From assembly GCA_016192995.1 (NCBI GenBank), contig JACPTB010000002.1, positions 98,283 through 162,282 on the forward strand: a stretch of 64,000 bases of DNA, read 5' to 3'. Positions 1 through 8,866 of the stretch are shown here, one piece after another. Each line of letters opens with the position of its first letter. The stretch's first letter is position 1. Made by a program: the position numbers and the translations under genes. Source of the DNA: Candidatus Woesearchaeota archaeon (GTDB taxonomy: Archaea > Nanobdellota > Nanobdellia > Woesearchaeales > DSVV01). Under the pieces are notes generated by a model. It worked only from the letters and a program-made list of their open reading frames with translations. It was not told the origin of the DNA and made no database searches.

Positions 1-20
1 CAGCTGATCCTGAATTAATT

Positions 21-710
21 ATGAATGCTAAAACAAAATGGGAGCATCAGCCAAGAGGAGCTATAAAAAGCATTGTAATTGCGCAAATTAACAAGCACTT
101 AAAGAATTGCGCTGACTCGTTTAAAGAAAGAGTTGGCAATCGAAAGATCTATTTAGAAGAGCTTGACGAGCAAGGATTAAAGGAAATGTTAATTAAAAGA
201 CTAAGCAATAAAAAAACAAAACGGAATTACATGAAGCACCTTTCTGATGAAGGATTCCAAGTCATAATAGACGCATCAGGAAAAAACCCGCGAAGAGTGC
301 TAGAATATACAGATTTAGTTTTTGACTATCATCATAAGAAGTTTAGAAAAGAAAATCCTATTGCCAAAGATCCAGAGTATAAGATTAATAACATTCTTGT
401 TGAAGAAATCTTAAAAACATATCATATTCATATACCTTCAAATAACCAAAAAATAAATAAAAACAAGAAAACAACCGATGCATTTGCTAAGAATTTCAGT
501 GATTTCGAACAGCAGATTTTAAGTTATCTAAAAGACAAGCCGCGAACAGAGAAAGAGGTAGCAAAGAAATTAGATGTTTCAGACGCCTATGCAAAACGAT
601 GTTTGAAACTGCTCCAAAAACAGCATCACCTCATGACTGTTGGGAATAAAAGCAATTGCAAACTCTGGCAAGTCACTCCTGAAGTACGAAGATTAATGGT
701 TGAAGTATAA
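21..710 (+). CDS. hypothetical protein with C-terminal winged-helix-like region
   Basis: 229-aa ORF, K/E-rich; C-terminal segment has wHTH-like pattern; no catalytic motif recognised. Confidence 0.3.
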   Translation: MNAKTKWEHQPRGAIKSIVIAQINKHLKNCADSFKERVGNRKIYLEELDEQGLKEMLIKRLSNKKTKRNYMKHLSDEGFQVIIDASGKNPRRVLEYTDLVFDYHHKKFRKENPIAKDPEYKINNILVEEILKTYHIHIPSNNQKINKNKKTTDAFAKNFSDFEQQILSYLKDKPRTEKEVAKKLDVSDAYAKRCLKLLQKQHHLMTVGNKSNCKLWQVTPEVRRLMVEV

Positions 711-792
711 GGTTTGATTATATTTTCCACATTTTCTACAGAACCACAGATAAGCAAAACACATATAAATCTCTATTCTCAGAAAACTCATT

Positions 793-3198
793 ATGGCAAA
801 GAAAACCAGTTTTATTCTATGGTTTAAACAGTTAGGTATAGAAGACGTTCCCTTAGTTGGCGGTAAAAACGCTTCATTAGGTGAGATGTATCGAAAATTG
901 ACCAAAAAGAAAGTCAATATTCCTAATGGATTTGCTATTACTGCATATGGATATCATTATTTCCTAAAAAAAGCAAAGATTAAGAACGAAATTAAAAGGA
1001 TTTTAAGAGGGTTAAATAAAAATAACAAAAATAATCTTGTTGAACTGCAAAAACGAGGCAAAGCAGTAAGAGACACTATTATCAATGCTGAACTGCCTGC
1101 TGATTTGAAAAAAGCAATCACTAAAGGATATGATAAGCTTTGCAAAGAATATGGTCCAGATACTGATGTTGCAGTGCGAAGTTCTGCAACTGCTGAAGAC
1201 TTGCCTGATGCAAGCTTTGCAGGTCAGCAGGAAACATTCTTAAACATTAAAGCTCATGATAAACTTCTTGAAGCATGCAAAAAATGCTTTGCAAGTTTGT
1301 TTACGAACAGAGCAATTTCCTACAGAATAGACAAAGGTTTTGACCATTTTTCTATTGGTTTAAGCATTGGCATTCAAAAAATGGTGCGTTCAGATAAAGC
1401 TGCTTCTGGAGTTATGTTCACCATTGATACTGATTCTGGTTTTAATAAGGTAGTCTATGTAACAGCAAGTTACGGACTGGGAGAAAATATTGTACAGGGC
1501 GCAGTAAACCCTGATGAGTGGTATGTATTCAAGCCAACGATGAAAATCATCTCGAGAAGTTTAGGTGAAAAAGCAAGAAAGATGATTTATACGAGAGAAA
1601 AAGGCAAAACTACAAAAAATATCCCGACACCTGAACAAGAAAGAAGAAAATTTTGTCTGAAAGATGAAGAAGTGATGACTTTGGCAAATTGGGGAATGAT
1701 TATTGAAGAGCATTACTCAAAAAAAGCAAAGAAATACAAGCCCATGGATATTGAGTGGGCAAAAGATGGAATAACCAATAAACTATTTATTGTGCAGGCA
1801 AGACCTGAAACCGTCCATACGAATAAAAACATGACCGTTCTTGAAGAGTATAAGCTTGAAGAAAAGAATGGAATTCTTTGTTCAGGAAGAGCTATAGGGA
1901 GCAAGATTGGAAAAGGATTAGCAAGAGTAATTCTCAACGTCAAAGATATTAATAAATTCAACAAAGGCGAAGTTTTAGTTACTGAAATGACTGATCCAGA
2001 TTGGCAGCCAATTATGAAGATTGCTTCTGCGATTGTTACAAATAAAGGCGGCGCAACATGCCACGCTGCTATTGTTGCGCGAGAATTAGGGATTCCTTGC
2101 ATTGTTGGAACAAAAGAAGCAACTAGAGTAATTAAACAAAATAAACCAATTACGATTGATTGTTCGCAGGGAGAAGAAGGTATTGTGTACAAAGGGCTTC
2201 TTAAGTTTAGCATCAAAAGAACTGATTTAAAAAAAATACCTCAGACAAAAACACATATTATGATGAATTTAGGCAATCCTGAAGAAGCATTTATGTACAG
2301 CTTTTTACCCAATAAAGGGATTGGATTAGCAAGAATGGAATTTATTATTAATGAATCCATTAAAATTCATCCAAACGCCCTTTTACAGTACAATCAATTA
2401 AAAGATAAAAAAGTAAAGGCGTTAATTTATCAATTAACGCCTGGTTATAAAAATAAAGCGCAATATTTTGTTGACAGGCTCGCAGAAGGTGTTGCCACTA
2501 TTGCTGCAGCATTTCATCCCTATCCTGTCATTGTGCGAATGAGTGATTTTAAAACTAATGAATATGCTAATTTAATTGGCGGAAAAGCCTATGAGCCAAA
2601 AGAAGAAAATCCGATGCTAGGTTGGCGTGGAGCTTCGCGTTATTATGATCCTAATTATAAAGAGGGTTTTGCTTTAGAATGCAAAGCAATTAAAAAAGCA
2701 AGAGAGGAATTTGGATTAAGCAACATCAAAGTAATGATTCCTTTTTGCAGAACTGTAGATGAAGGCAAGAAAGTGCTTGCCGAGATGCATAAAAACGATT
2801 TAGTCCAAGGCAAAAACAAACTAGAAATTTATGCAATGTGTGAAATACCTTCAAATGTCATACTTGCCGAAGAATTTCTTAAAGTATTTGACGGTTTTTC
2901 CATTGGCAGCAATGATTTAACGCAGCTTACTCTCGGAATAGATCGAGATTCAGAATTAGTCAGCCATATCTATGACGAACGCAATGATGCCGTTAAAACA
3001 TTAATTAAGAATGTCATTCAGATTGCAAGAAAGAAAAAGAAATACATTGGGATCTGCGGGCAAGCTCCTTCAAACTATCCTGAATTTGCAGAATTCTTAG
3101 TCAAAGAAGGGATTGACAGTATTTCTTTAAACCCTGATTCTGTTGTTAAGACTATTATTGATATTGCTAAATTAGAGAAGAAATTACGGAGGAAATAA
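793..3198 (+). CDS. ppsA: phosphoenolpyruvate synthase (pyruvate, water dikinase)
   Basis: 801 aa; N-terminal GGKNASLGEM; phospho-His swivel motif TNKGGATCHAAIVARELGIPCIVG; C-terminal PEP-utilising barrel GICGQAPS. Confidence 0.9.
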   Translation: MAKKTSFILWFKQLGIEDVPLVGGKNASLGEMYRKLTKKKVNIPNGFAITAYGYHYFLKKAKIKNEIKRILRGLNKNNKNNLVELQKRGKAVRDTIINAELPADLKKAITKGYDKLCKEYGPDTDVAVRSSATAEDLPDASFAGQQETFLNIKAHDKLLEACKKCFASLFTNRAISYRIDKGFDHFSIGLSIGIQKMVRSDKAASGVMFTIDTDSGFNKVVYVTASYGLGENIVQGAVNPDEWYVFKPTMKIISRSLGEKARKMIYTREKGKTTKNIPTPEQERRKFCLKDEEVMTLANWGMIIEEHYSKKAKKYKPMDIEWAKDGITNKLFIVQARPETVHTNKNMTVLEEYKLEEKNGILCSGRAIGSKIGKGLARVILNVKDINKFNKGEVLVTEMTDPDWQPIMKIASAIVTNKGGATCHAAIVARELGIPCIVGTKEATRVIKQNKPITIDCSQGEEGIVYKGLLKFSIKRTDLKKIPQTKTHIMMNLGNPEEAFMYSFLPNKGIGLARMEFIINESIKIHPNALLQYNQLKDKKVKALIYQLTPGYKNKAQYFVDRLAEGVATIAAAFHPYPVIVRMSDFKTNEYANLIGGKAYEPKEENPMLGWRGASRYYDPNYKEGFALECKAIKKAREEFGLSNIKVMIPFCRTVDEGKKVLAEMHKNDLVQGKNKLEIYAMCEIPSNVILAEEFLKVFDGFSIGSNDLTQLTLGIDRDSELVSHIYDERNDAVKTLIKNVIQIARKKKKYIGICGQAPSNYPEFAEFLVKEGIDSISLNPDSVVKTIIDIAKLEKKLRRK

Positions 3199-3200
3199 TC

Positions 3201-3353
3201 ATGGCAGCAACACCAAAAGGTATTTCAAAGTTAAAGGCAGAATTTATCGTAGAAAAAGAAGCCTATGATAATTTTGTGCGCTATTGCACTAAAAAAGGGA
3301 TGGCACCGAATATATTGGTAGAACGATATATGAAGGAAGCAGTTAATAAGTAA
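3201..3353 (+). CDS. small ribbon-helix-helix-like protein (not in ORF track)
   Basis: 50-aa ORF MAATPKGISKLKAEFIVEKEAYDNFVRYCTKKGMAPNILVERYMKEAVNK; strand-helix-helix pattern typical of CopG/RHH; starts 3 nt after the ppsA stop codon. Confidence 0.3.
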   Translation: MAATPKGISKLKAEFIVEKEAYDNFVRYCTKKGMAPNILVERYMKEAVNK

Positions 3354-3464
3354 AACAATCCAAATTCATTAATTATTTATGTTCTGCATTATACTTGTTT
3401 AAAACAGCAAAATTCTTCCGAGAAAATCGCAATTCTTCCGACTTTCATACGTCGTCATAAATAC

Positions 3465-3479
3465 TTTTATATATAAGTA
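3465..3479 (+). promoter_or_regulatory. TATA-box-like element TTTTATATATAAGTA, 16 nt upstream of ATG (leaderless transcript likely)
   Basis: same TTTATATATAAGTA box with identical spacing occurs upstream of the 21533 gene. Confidence 0.4.
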
Positions 3480-3495
3480 AACAATCCATATTTTT

Positions 3496-3768
3496 ATGGA
3501 AGAAATAAAAATAGATACTGAGAAAGCAATTGAAATTGTTAAGGAATATTTCGTAAAGCTAAAGGGAGCAAACATACAAGTCGGCTCAAGAAAACTTATC
3601 GATTGGTTAGGTTTTGATGTTATAAAGGCTAAAGAAGAAAACGACCAATTTGTGATTAATTGTGAATTATTGGAAAACTTCTACTCTTCTAAAAAAGAAA
3701 AATATAATATTATTGTTAATAAAATGGGAAAAATTATAGAAGTTGTAAAAGAAAATGGACAAACTTAA
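3496..3768 (+). CDS. hypothetical small protein, candidate antitoxin partner of downstream PIN protein
   Basis: 90 aa; overlaps next ORF by 14 nt, suggesting translational coupling. Confidence 0.3.
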   Translation: MEEIKIDTEKAIEIVKEYFVKLKGANIQVGSRKLIDWLGFDVIKAKEENDQFVINCELLENFYSSKKEKYNIIVNKMGKIIEVVKENGQT

Positions 3769-4228
3769 AAAACAAGAAGAAATTCTATTAGATACAGGTC
3801 CTTTACTTCAGATATTAGTTGGGCTATATGATCCTGAAAAATTAAGTAAAATAGAAATAAACCAGGATCAATTTGGACTCCTTATTACTTATATCCAACA
3901 ATTCAGGAAAAAACTGGTAACACCACATATTTTAGCAGAAGTTTCAAACTTAGTAAAAATCAGATTAAAAAAAAACGCTAAAGAACTAATAAAATGTTCA
4001 ATAATATTTTTGAATAAAACAGATGAAGAGATCATTCAAAAAAACGCTATACTACAGGAAAAAAATCTAAAGTTACTAATGGATTTCGGTATAACTGATA
4101 CAGCAATAGCATTAAGTTCAAATAAAAATAGGATAATTTTAACAAGTGATGGACCATTTTTTGCATATTGTTATAGTAATAAAATCCCAGCCATACATAC
4201 TGAAGCCATATTTAATATGGCAATTTGA
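3755..4228 (+). CDS. PIN-domain protein (VapC-like putative nuclease)
   Basis: 157 aa; N-terminal ILLDTGPLLQIL and C-terminal IILTSDGPFF place acidic residues where PIN catalytic Asp residues sit. Confidence 0.45.
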   Translation: MDKLKKQEEILLDTGPLLQILVGLYDPEKLSKIEINQDQFGLLITYIQQFRKKLVTPHILAEVSNLVKIRLKKNAKELIKCSIIFLNKTDEEIIQKNAILQEKNLKLLMDFGITDTAIALSSNKNRIILTSDGPFFAYCYSNKIPAIHTEAIFNMAI

Positions 4229-4271
4229 AATAATGTTCGCAATTTAGTAACATTTATTAAAACCCCTCTTT

Positions 4272-6449
4272 TTGAAATTCTCTATGCAGGATAAAGAGTT
4301 TGATTATCTCCAAGTGTTAAGGGCAGTAGATGAGATTCCGTTTGGTGTAGGAAAGAAACTATTAATCGAATTCTTGCAGGGAAAAGCAAAGACTGAATCC
4401 ATTATAAGAAACAAATTAAACAAAAAACAAACCTTCGGCTCATTAGCCTACGAGGATAATGAGCTTAGTTTAATGATTGATAAACTGCTTCTTAATAACT
4501 TACTGGAGATACAATCGCTTCAAGCAAATAAATTCTGGAAAATAATAGGATTAACTGAAAAAGGAAGAAAAGAACTGCAAAACCCTACTCTGCACAAAAA
4601 GAAGCTTTCAAATAATTTCAAAAACATAAAAACAGTGATTACAGAAAAAGAACGTGAACTATTTCTTGCGCTGGGAGATTTCATAAGTAAATATAACGAC
4701 GAACAAAAAAAAGCAATAATTTCTAACAAAGAACATATCCTCTGCCTTGCTGGAGCAGGAACAGGAAAAACATCAGTTTTAACAAAAAGAATTGAATTTC
4801 TAGTACAATATAAATCTGTTCAACCGCAGAAAATTCTCGCAATTACTTTTACGAGAAAAACGCGTGATGAAATGGTAAAAAGACTGAGCCAAAATCCGCA
4901 ATGCAACAATGTGCAGATAGAAACATTTAATTCATTTTGTGAACGAATGTTAAGAACACATAATAATTATTTGTATGACAAACCAATGGAAGTTATTATG
5001 TACAGGGATAAAATAAAAATTATCATGCAAGCGCTTAATAATTTGCATTTAGATATAAACAAAGCAATTGCAATTTATTTTACTAGCAACCAACAACGTG
5101 GAAAATCAAGCGAGCAATTGGCAAATATTTTCATGCATGACTGTTTTTTTGTGAGAGATTATTTTAAATCAAAAAACAAGCAGTTAAAACATGAAGAATT
5201 TGAAACAGATGAAGCAAAGCATGAACAAGCTGCAGCCATGATGTATGGCGTCTGCAATTATATTGACACTTACATGCAAAAATACGGATTGCGGGATTTT
5301 ACTGACCAGTTGCTTGACACATTAAAACTATTCACCCTTCACAAAGAATTAATCCCCAAATTTGATCACATCATGATTGATGAATATCAAGATATCAACA
5401 CAACACAAATTGAACTGATCAATGACCTTAATCCACCTAATCTGTTCTCTGTTGGCGATCCGCGACAATCTATTTATGGATGGCGAGGATCTGATATCAA
5501 ATTTATTCTTAATTTTGAAGATGCTTATCCAAATGCAGAGATAATTACTTTAACTAAAAACTATCGTTCATCACCAGCAATTGTTGATCTTATCAATAAA
5601 GCTATTGCGCCGATGGGATTAGCAGATCTTGAATCTGCGCAAGCTGGAAATACTAGAAATCCTGAAATAAAAATGTTAAAATGCCAGGATGAAAACGCTG
5701 AATTTTCGTTTGTAATCAATAACATAAAAAATACCACTCTTCCAAGAAATGAAATTTTTGTGTTAGCAAGAACAAACAGGCAATTAAAAGATCTCTCTGA
5801 TCTATTAAAATTACAAGATATTGCTCATGTTGTCCGCACTGATGAAACAAGAAAAAGAGTGTATACTGAACCTCATCAAATAACACTTGCCACAATCCAC
5901 GCAATAAAAGGACTTGAAGCGGAGATGGTATTGATTATAGGTTGCACAGCAGCAAATTTTCCCTGCAGAGCATCAGACCATCCAGTCATTGACATGATCA
6001 AAGTTGATGAATATGATAAAGAGGAAGAAGAAAGAAGATTATTTTATGTTGCCATGAGCAGAGCAAAACAAAACTTGTTTTTAACCTACACCGGCAAAAA
6101 CCCAACCTATTATATTACTCCTGAAATGCTCAAGATAGTACAACTTGATAAAACAATAGTTTCCAACCTAAAATTAGATAGTGAAATGCCTTCAATTTCA
6201 ATAAATACTGCTAAGAACAGGATAAGAAAAACAAATGCCAGTCAAATAGAAGAACGATTAAAACAATGGCGTTGGGAAATTGCGCAACAACACAGCATTC
6301 CTGCATACATGGTAGTCAGCAATAAAACCATTATCGAACTTGCCCAAAAAATGCCTTTAACAACGCAAGAGATGTATGATATTTATGGTCTTGGTCCAAA
6401 CAAAATTATGAGATATGGAGAAGAATTGTTAAAGGTATTGCATAGATAA
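4272..6449 (+). CDS. UvrD/PcrA-type SF1 DNA helicase with N-terminal RQC-like wing and C-terminal HRDC domain
   Basis: Walker A AGAGTGKT, motif II IMIDEYQD, motif IV NYRS, motif V TIHAIKGLE; C-terminal WRWEIAQQHSIPAYMVVSNKTIIELA...GLGPNKIMRYG is HRDC; N-terminal IPFGVGKKLLIEFLQGKAK resembles the RecQ RQC wing. Confidence 0.8.
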   Translation: MKFSMQDKEFDYLQVLRAVDEIPFGVGKKLLIEFLQGKAKTESIIRNKLNKKQTFGSLAYEDNELSLMIDKLLLNNLLEIQSLQANKFWKIIGLTEKGRKELQNPTLHKKKLSNNFKNIKTVITEKERELFLALGDFISKYNDEQKKAIISNKEHILCLAGAGTGKTSVLTKRIEFLVQYKSVQPQKILAITFTRKTRDEMVKRLSQNPQCNNVQIETFNSFCERMLRTHNNYLYDKPMEVIMYRDKIKIIMQALNNLHLDINKAIAIYFTSNQQRGKSSEQLANIFMHDCFFVRDYFKSKNKQLKHEEFETDEAKHEQAAAMMYGVCNYIDTYMQKYGLRDFTDQLLDTLKLFTLHKELIPKFDHIMIDEYQDINTTQIELINDLNPPNLFSVGDPRQSIYGWRGSDIKFILNFEDAYPNAEIITLTKNYRSSPAIVDLINKAIAPMGLADLESAQAGNTRNPEIKMLKCQDENAEFSFVINNIKNTTLPRNEIFVLARTNRQLKDLSDLLKLQDIAHVVRTDETRKRVYTEPHQITLATIHAIKGLEAEMVLIIGCTAANFPCRASDHPVIDMIKVDEYDKEEEERRLFYVAMSRAKQNLFLTYTGKNPTYYITPEMLKIVQLDKTIVSNLKLDSEMPSISINTAKNRIRKTNASQIEERLKQWRWEIAQQHSIPAYMVVSNKTIIELAQKMPLTTQEMYDIYGLGPNKIMRYGEELLKVLHR

Positions 6450-6455
6450 TATTTA

Positions 6456-6632
6456 GAGAACTTTGCAAAATTATGGTTACTGCCAATTTCGTGAGCATTT
6501 TCGAAATATTTATCGGGCAATTTTCGAGGTTCCTTGCCGACAGGCAAGTCTTATAATCCCGATCTTTAGTCGAGATTATATTTATAGAGAGAAAATTGCT
6601 TTGTTTAACAAAGATCTCAATGCGAACTGGCT
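6456..6632 (+). mobile_element. MITE-like repeat, family 1, copy A (degenerate right end, nested insertion in core loop)
   Basis: left end GAGAACTTTGCAAAATTATGGTTACTGCC shared with copies at 43079 and 48447; internal hairpin core 6517-6599 interrupted by ~53-nt insert. Confidence 0.7.
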
Positions 6633-6658
6633 TGCTTCCAGATACTAATTGTAAATGA

Positions 6659-6865
6659 GAAAGAAAAGTTTCACCAAACAAATGTTTTTCATACGCTTCA
6701 GATGCCTTCTCAACAAGAAGAGGTTCAATTAGCAGGGCAAGAGAAGTAAGAAAGTTTAAGCAAATGGGTTATGAAGAATGGGCTAAAGAAAAAGAATATG
6801 GGATGAGATGGGCTACAGAAGGAAAATTCTCTTCTGTTAAGAGAAAATTTAGAAAAAAAATCTAA
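6659..6865 (+). pseudogene. C-terminal remnant of an IS4/IS5-type DDE transposase
   Basis: open frame without start reads ...AREVRKFKQMGYEEWAKEKEYGMRWATEGKFSSVKRKFRKKI*; contains Y-(2)-R-(3)-E-(6)-K signature (Y GM R WAT E GKFSSV K) and RWxxExxFxxxKxxF tail typical of DDE_Tnp_1 C-termini. Confidence 0.5.
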
Positions 6866-7767
6866 ACATCTACTAAACAACCACCGCTTCTCATTGCAGC
6901 TGATAGCTCTTTCCCTTGTTTCACCAATTTTGCACGTTCTTGAAGAGTTGGGACTTGATATAATCTATCCTCGCTTGCCATTTCGTTAAATATTTCCATA
7001 CCCATTTTTAAACCATCATCTTTGCATCTATTAATTACCCTTTGTGGTACTTCACCATCATAGACACGTCTAACAAGTGGATCTGCTGCTGCTTTGAGTG
7101 CTGCCAATCCTTCTTGAGAAAGCAGTAAGTGATAACCTACAACACCAGCATTGCTGCGAAATTCTCCAACTTCTCCTCCACAATCACCAAGAATTTCTGG
7201 TAATCTTTCTTCTTGAAATGATTGAACTTTTCTGTGATATGCTGGTAATCGTGATACATAGTGTGGTGCATTTAATACGACAAGAACATGCTGACGATGT
7301 TTACCATATATTTGTGTGTCTCGTACGCGAGCATTCCAATCTCTATATACTTCATCCATAGGATAGCCTGCTTTTTGTATAGTTTCTTCTGGAACTTGTT
7401 CAGTTAATAGATTACCAGCAGACCCTAAAATACTTCTATTAGTAGCACTCAGCCCTCCTTGTCTTCCAACAATTGCTGCAATTGGATAATCCTGGCCATT
7501 AATAGTATATTGTTTCCTTAACTCTACTCCCTCTAGTTCTGCTATCGCTTTCGTTATCTCTGCTACCAATCCTGCTCCCAATCGAGAAACAAGTTCAGTA
7601 ACTGAAGTTGTCTCCCGCAGAATTTCTAACTCTTCCTCTGTTGCTCTTAGTTCAACCAATATCCTCTTCTTCTTTCCAGCATGATGATTGACATCTTTCA
7701 CAAATGTTCGTACAGAAAGATCTTTTTCAAATATAAGCACGCTGTTATACAGCGCAGGAACAATCAA
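6862..7767 (-). CDS. hypothetical protein, compositionally atypical (A/G/R/V-rich; locally higher GC)
   Basis: 301-aa uninterrupted ORF in an AT-rich background; amino-acid usage unlike neighbouring K/I/N-rich proteins; adjacent to transposase remnant and MITE copy. Confidence 0.4.
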   Translation of the reverse strand: MIVPALYNSVLIFEKDLSVRTFVKDVNHHAGKKKRILVELRATEEELEILRETTSVTELVSRLGAGLVAEITKAIAELEGVELRKQYTINGQDYPIAAIVGRQGGLSATNRSILGSAGNLLTEQVPEETIQKAGYPMDEVYRDWNARVRDTQIYGKHRQHVLVVLNAPHYVSRLPAYHRKVQSFQEERLPEILGDCGGEVGEFRSNAGVVGYHLLLSQEGLAALKAAADPLVRRVYDGEVPQRVINRCKDDGLKMGMEIFNEMASEDRLYQVPTLQERAKLVKQGKELSAAMRSGGCLVDV

Positions 7768-7821
7768 AAATAATCAGTTTAATCATAGATGAAGAAAACT
7801 ATTGAAATTTATAAACATAAC

Positions 7822-7833
7822 CTTTATATATTT
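7822..7833 (+). promoter_or_regulatory. TATA-like box CTTTATATATTT upstream of gap
   Basis: AT-rich box ~45 nt upstream of ATG 7880. Confidence 0.25.
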
Positions 7834-7879
7834 CTAAACACAAAAGCAATCTAAAGAGGTGTATCTTATTCATAAACCT

Positions 7880-8866
7880 ATGAGAATAGCTATTAATGGA
7901 TTTGGCAGGATTGGCAGGTTGGTTGCAAGAATTGCTCTTTCAGATAAAAAACTCGATCTTGTTGCGATCAACAATCCTGGAGCAGAAACTAAAGATCTCG
8001 CGTTATTATTAAAATATGATTCAATTCACGGTAAATTCGAATTGCCGGTAGATTACGGGAAAGATTTCATACAAGTAGGAAAAAAGAAAATAAAAGTAAT
8101 AAATGAAAACGATCCTGAAAAATTACCATGGAGTAAACTAAAGATTGATTCAGTGATTGAATGCACCGGCAAATTCCTGACCAAAGAAACTGTTGAAAAA
8201 CATATTAAAGCAGGAGCAAAAAAAGTAATTTTAAGCGCCCCGCCAAAATCTTCTGATATCAAAACCTATGTAATAGGAGTCAATGATCATCTTATCAATA
8301 AAAAAGAAAATATAATTAGCAATGCATCCTGCACAACAAATTGTTTTGCGCCGATGGTTATGCTGCTGAATAAACATTTAGGAATTAAACATGGTTATAT
8401 GGTAACGGTTCATGCTTATACCTCTGACCAGCGCATCCATGATGGAACCCATGATGACTATCGAAGAGGAAGAGCAGCAGCTTTGAATATGGTGCCGACA
8501 AGCACTGGCTCAGCTAAAGCAGTTGCTGAAGTATTGCCTGAAATGAAAGGAAAACTTCATGCTTCAGCAATAAGAGTTCCTGTTCCAGACGGTTCGTTAA
8601 CCTATTTTACCTGTGAAGTTAAAAAGAAAAAAACAGTCAACCAAATAAATGCATTGTTCAAAAAAGAAGCGAAGAGATTAAAAGGTATTTTACAGTATGC
8701 AGAAGAACCCTTGGTTTCATCTGATATTGTCCACAATCCTCATTCGTGTGTTTTTGATTCTTTGCTCACTGAAGTAGATGGTGATTTAGTCAAAGTAGTT
8801 GCATGGTATGATAATGAATGGGGATATTCAAATAGAATAATTGATTTAGCAAAAAAAGCAGCATGA
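7880..8866 (+). CDS. gap: glyceraldehyde-3-phosphate dehydrogenase, class I (bacterial/eukaryotic type)
   Basis: MRIAINGFGRIGR NAD-binding N-terminus, active-site SNASCTTNCFAP, C-terminal AWYDNEWGYSNR; start chosen at ATG 7880 rather than the upstream GTG at 7859 in the ORF track. Confidence 0.9.
   Translation: MRIAINGFGRIGRLVARIALSDKKLDLVAINNPGAETKDLALLLKYDSIHGKFELPVDYGKDFIQVGKKKIKVINENDPEKLPWSKLKIDSVIECTGKFLTKETVEKHIKAGAKKVILSAPPKSSDIKTYVIGVNDHLINKKENIISNASCTTNCFAPMVMLLNKHLGIKHGYMVTVHAYTSDQRIHDGTHDDYRRGRAAALNMVPTSTGSAKAVAEVLPEMKGKLHASAIRVPVPDGSLTYFTCEVKKKKTVNQINALFKKEAKRLKGILQYAEEPLVSSDIVHNPHSCVFDSLLTEVDGDLVKVVAWYDNEWGYSNRIIDLAKKAA

Noticed and set aside
1713-2216. 167-aa antisense ORF inside ppsA and similar antisense ORFs at 10279-10641, 24094-24387, 44520-44873, 50746-51622 and 63483-63845
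   Set aside because: Fully embedded antisense to strongly supported genes. Low-complexity S/L/F-rich translations expected from antisense of K/E-rich coding DNA.
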